From NCBI GenBank assembly GCA_001662655.1, contig KV460206.1: a DNA stretch of 64,000 bases. One strand, 5' to 3'. Below the pieces are notes generated by a model, which was not told the DNA's origin, searched no databases, and worked only from the letters and a program-made list of their open reading frames with translations. The stretch is from Pseudogymnoascus verrucosus (taxonomy: Eukaryota). A program made the translations under genes and the position numbers. Below, in pieces: positions 61,064-64,000 of the stretch (position 1 is the stretch's first letter; every line of letters starts with the position of its first letter).

Positions 61064-64000
61064 ATGGATGTATTTCGGCCGATGAGCCCGAACGAGTGGT
61101 TTCAAACACCTCCGGTACACGATAGTTTCGAAGGCCATGCAGGAGTCCTGTGGCTTTCAGAAAGCCTGGCTTCTCTCTATGGCCATTGCAGTAGTGTAAT
61201 ACCTTCGAACCAACCTCATAGCCGCACAAGGCTCTTGCCAGGATTCCAAAATCTGGTGACCGTCCGAACTCAGTGTTGTTACAGTAAGCCACAGACATGG
61301 GTGCTGTAGCAAGAGCCTTAGACCTTGTTTACTACCTGGTCGTTGGAGTTGTTAACTGTCGCAAGCAACGCATTTCGACCTGCTCCAACAGCCACGCTGC
61401 AGATGCCCCGCAGTTGTGTTGGTTCTGGGGTAAGAAGCTGCAATCCAGAGATCGTGCCTATATATACAGCCTTGTCTTCTACTTCTCTAATTGCTCGATA
61501 TCTTTCTTTCTTTCGTTCCTTCTTTCTATTCTTTTGTTTACGTTTTAGACACAAGCCCGATTCGCCCTCTGCTGATCATTATGAACGCAAGGCAAAGAGA
61601 AAGGCAAGGCTTAAGAGAGCTAGGAGTAGTTTTCGTGAAAGCTATCCTGCCAGAAAATTTTCCAACGCACCTTCTCAAAACATTCCAGAAAATCAGATCC
61701 TTCAGAACGATCGATCTCGCTACCTTTCATTTAAGCGACCCATCAGTACTACCTGAACGAGTTCTCTGGAGAAGTGAAATAACGAATCGTGCGAAGAAGA
61801 TCGTTAAAATCGCCGAGGTTCTCATAGAAGATGCGCCTGCCGAGATGGGAGTGCGATTCGACTTGGAGCAGAAGGTTCTAAGCCGTTTCAAGAAGATCAT
61901 CGAGTGGTAAGTTTGAATGGTGCAAACTTTAGCCTGCGTATCTGATTAAGAGTTCGAAGCCCATCCACGGCCTGCAACAGGCGGTTATGGAGGTCAGAAG
62001 TAGAAGTAGAGGTGGAGTTTCCGGGTCCCATCGCCGAAAGTCTGATAACTCGACGGCAAGGCCGTACACCATGCCAGTGCTCGCCGGGTGAGAAAAAATC
62101 AGACTTGTAAGTTTTCAACCTGAGCGATTGTTCTTCGTTATACTGACGATGCATAAAGCAACAAAATCTTCTCAAGCCGGGCAGACGAAATGACCTCTTT
62201 CGATTCCGATAAAAACGATTCCGAGAAGAGCATAAAGAGAAGGCGACCTGACCGCATCCTCGGGTTTCAAGAAACGGGCAGCTTCAGTAGCCGGCTTATG
62301 AAATATAATCTGATGGCTGGACGACTAGAAAAGGAAGCTGGCCTCGAGACTATATGGGAGACGGTCCAGAGTACCGTTTTGAATCACAAGGGAAATTCCC
62401 TTTTCTTTCCCTTTCTTATTATCGAGGCAAAATCAAGAGTCGGCCAATCTTTCGATGATTGCAATATACAGACTGCATTACCAATTTTGAAAATGTTGAA
62501 AATACAAGAGGGCTTGCAGAGGGAGTCTCAAATGACCTTAGAGTATGGAGGTCCTTTAGTCTGGTATATAGCGTATAGAGCCGAAGACTGGCGTCTGTCG
62601 GCTTGCTATATCTCCGAGAAGCCTGATGGGCCATTATATGTAAGTTCTGCCTCTTCTGTAGGTATACAATGTTTGTTAACTTATATAGGAGATTGTAACT
62701 CTTTGGACTGGGCTGTTGAATGACCTGGAGAGCACACTTCAGCTCCTTCTTATTATTGACTATATATTCGACTGGGCTCGCGATATATACAGGCCTTCAT
62801 TAATCTCCCAGCTTGAGAGACTTGCAATTGGTCCCTCAGAGGACAATGACCGTACCTGCGATGATGATATCTCTAGAATTGAAAGAGACAGCGATATTCT
62901 CTCGTTAGCCTATCCGAAGCAGACACTCGCCTCGATAAAGAAGTCAAGCGTTATCAAAGATTGGGGGGCTGCTGTTGAACATGATACTGAGATCGTACCT
63001 GATGAGGAACGAGATCTTAAGAAGTGGGCGACTCACGATTCGAATTTCGGTGTTTTCCGCCCAGCATGTACTGTCCAGAACTTGTTTCGATGCGTTTTCG
63101 TTACGAAGGCGAACATTGATGCACTTTTCTCCACTGTAACTAAGCAATCCGCTAAGAATACGCTTGCAAAAAATGCATTATATGCTCTAGATCGATACAC
63201 CACCGTTTTGGTATCAGAGGATATACTCGACACGTTGGAAGAACTCTGGACAAACAGAGCCAGACCGAAAACCCCGCAGCATACTGTGGAAACACGTCTT
63301 TTTGCATCTATTGTTTATCATACGGTTGTGACAAACTACTGGGCACTCCAAAGGATAATCTATTGTCTTGTACTTGACGAGGAAGCGTTGAACTATGTGA
63401 AGAGCTTTACCGCACGAAAATCCCCCCCTATGCCTTTCAAAACTGCCAAAATGTTTAGGAAGAGCAATGCAGAAGCCTTGATAGGTTCCTTGCAAAATCA
63501 GTCTATTCAACAAAATCTCGCATCAGCTTTGGCTTCAACAAGACAAGTATTACACGAAATAAGCACTGGCACTTCGTTGCCAAATTCCTACGCTACCTTC
63601 GAGTTTGTCGATATACACTACTGTCAGGCCGGATGGGGCCACATAGAGACATATGAGGTGATAGATAAAGTATATCGTCGGTGTGAGAAGAATTCCGAGG
63701 AACCAACAGAGCCATTTCTTCGAATCTCTCACCAATGGAATTCACTGATTAGTGACGCCACTAGTCCGACTGTCGCATCATACTTTCCGAACTCTGTACC
63801 TTCAACTAATGAGCAGTATGTTCTAGTAGCACAGGACATGCATGGAGAGAGGCAACGTCTTTGTATATACGTCATTCCAGGTCCCACGGAAGCAATTGAG
63901 CGACTAGGAAAGACTTTGCATAACGCGGCTGAAATTGATGTACTCTACAAGTACTCTCTGAGAAGTGGTAGCTCAAATAACTGGAAGGAAGTGTATAAGA
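61064..64000 (+). CDS. Multi-exon hypothetical protein with PD-(D/E)xK nuclease-like motif; runs off window end
   Basis: Exons linked by canonical introns. RRPDRILGF..FFPFLIIEAKS..PLVW then LQLLLIIDYIFDWARDIYRP, plus Cys pairs. Start codon uncertain. Confidence 0.65.

Overview
Eukaryotic DNA from a filamentous ascomycete: short GT..CTAAC..AG introns, a Woronin-body hex-1 gene and RIP-type mutations. The C-rich-start/G-rich-end gene style resembles Leotiomycetes such as Pseudogymnoascus, but that assignment is an unverified impression. The first ~9.6 kb is accessory. It holds a small secreted Cys protein, a 5'-incomplete LysM gene, an F-box-like gene, a TPR remnant, a RIP-damaged pseudogene and a RIP-destroyed DUF3435 tyrosine recombinase (Starship 'captain'). 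The captain starts ~460 bp from a tRNA-Gly(GCC) gene, after which core genes begin. The rest is mostly housekeeping genes (acyl-CoA synthetase, TAL1, HEX1, PRP38, LAP3, RTA1-like, HCS1, DUF202, SH3 protein, RIB7, CBS protein, PIC2). Smaller accessory patches are a HET-domain pseudogene, a pogo/Fot1 remnant with a second F-box-like paralog, and a PD-(D/E)xK-like gene running off the right end. Top leads: (1) a derelict Starship docked at a tRNA gene; (2) an AUG-less, spliced ~176-codon in-frame 5' extension of HEX-1 with a candidate CUG start. All gene calls come from reading motifs by eye with no database searches, and exon boundaries are hand-derived.
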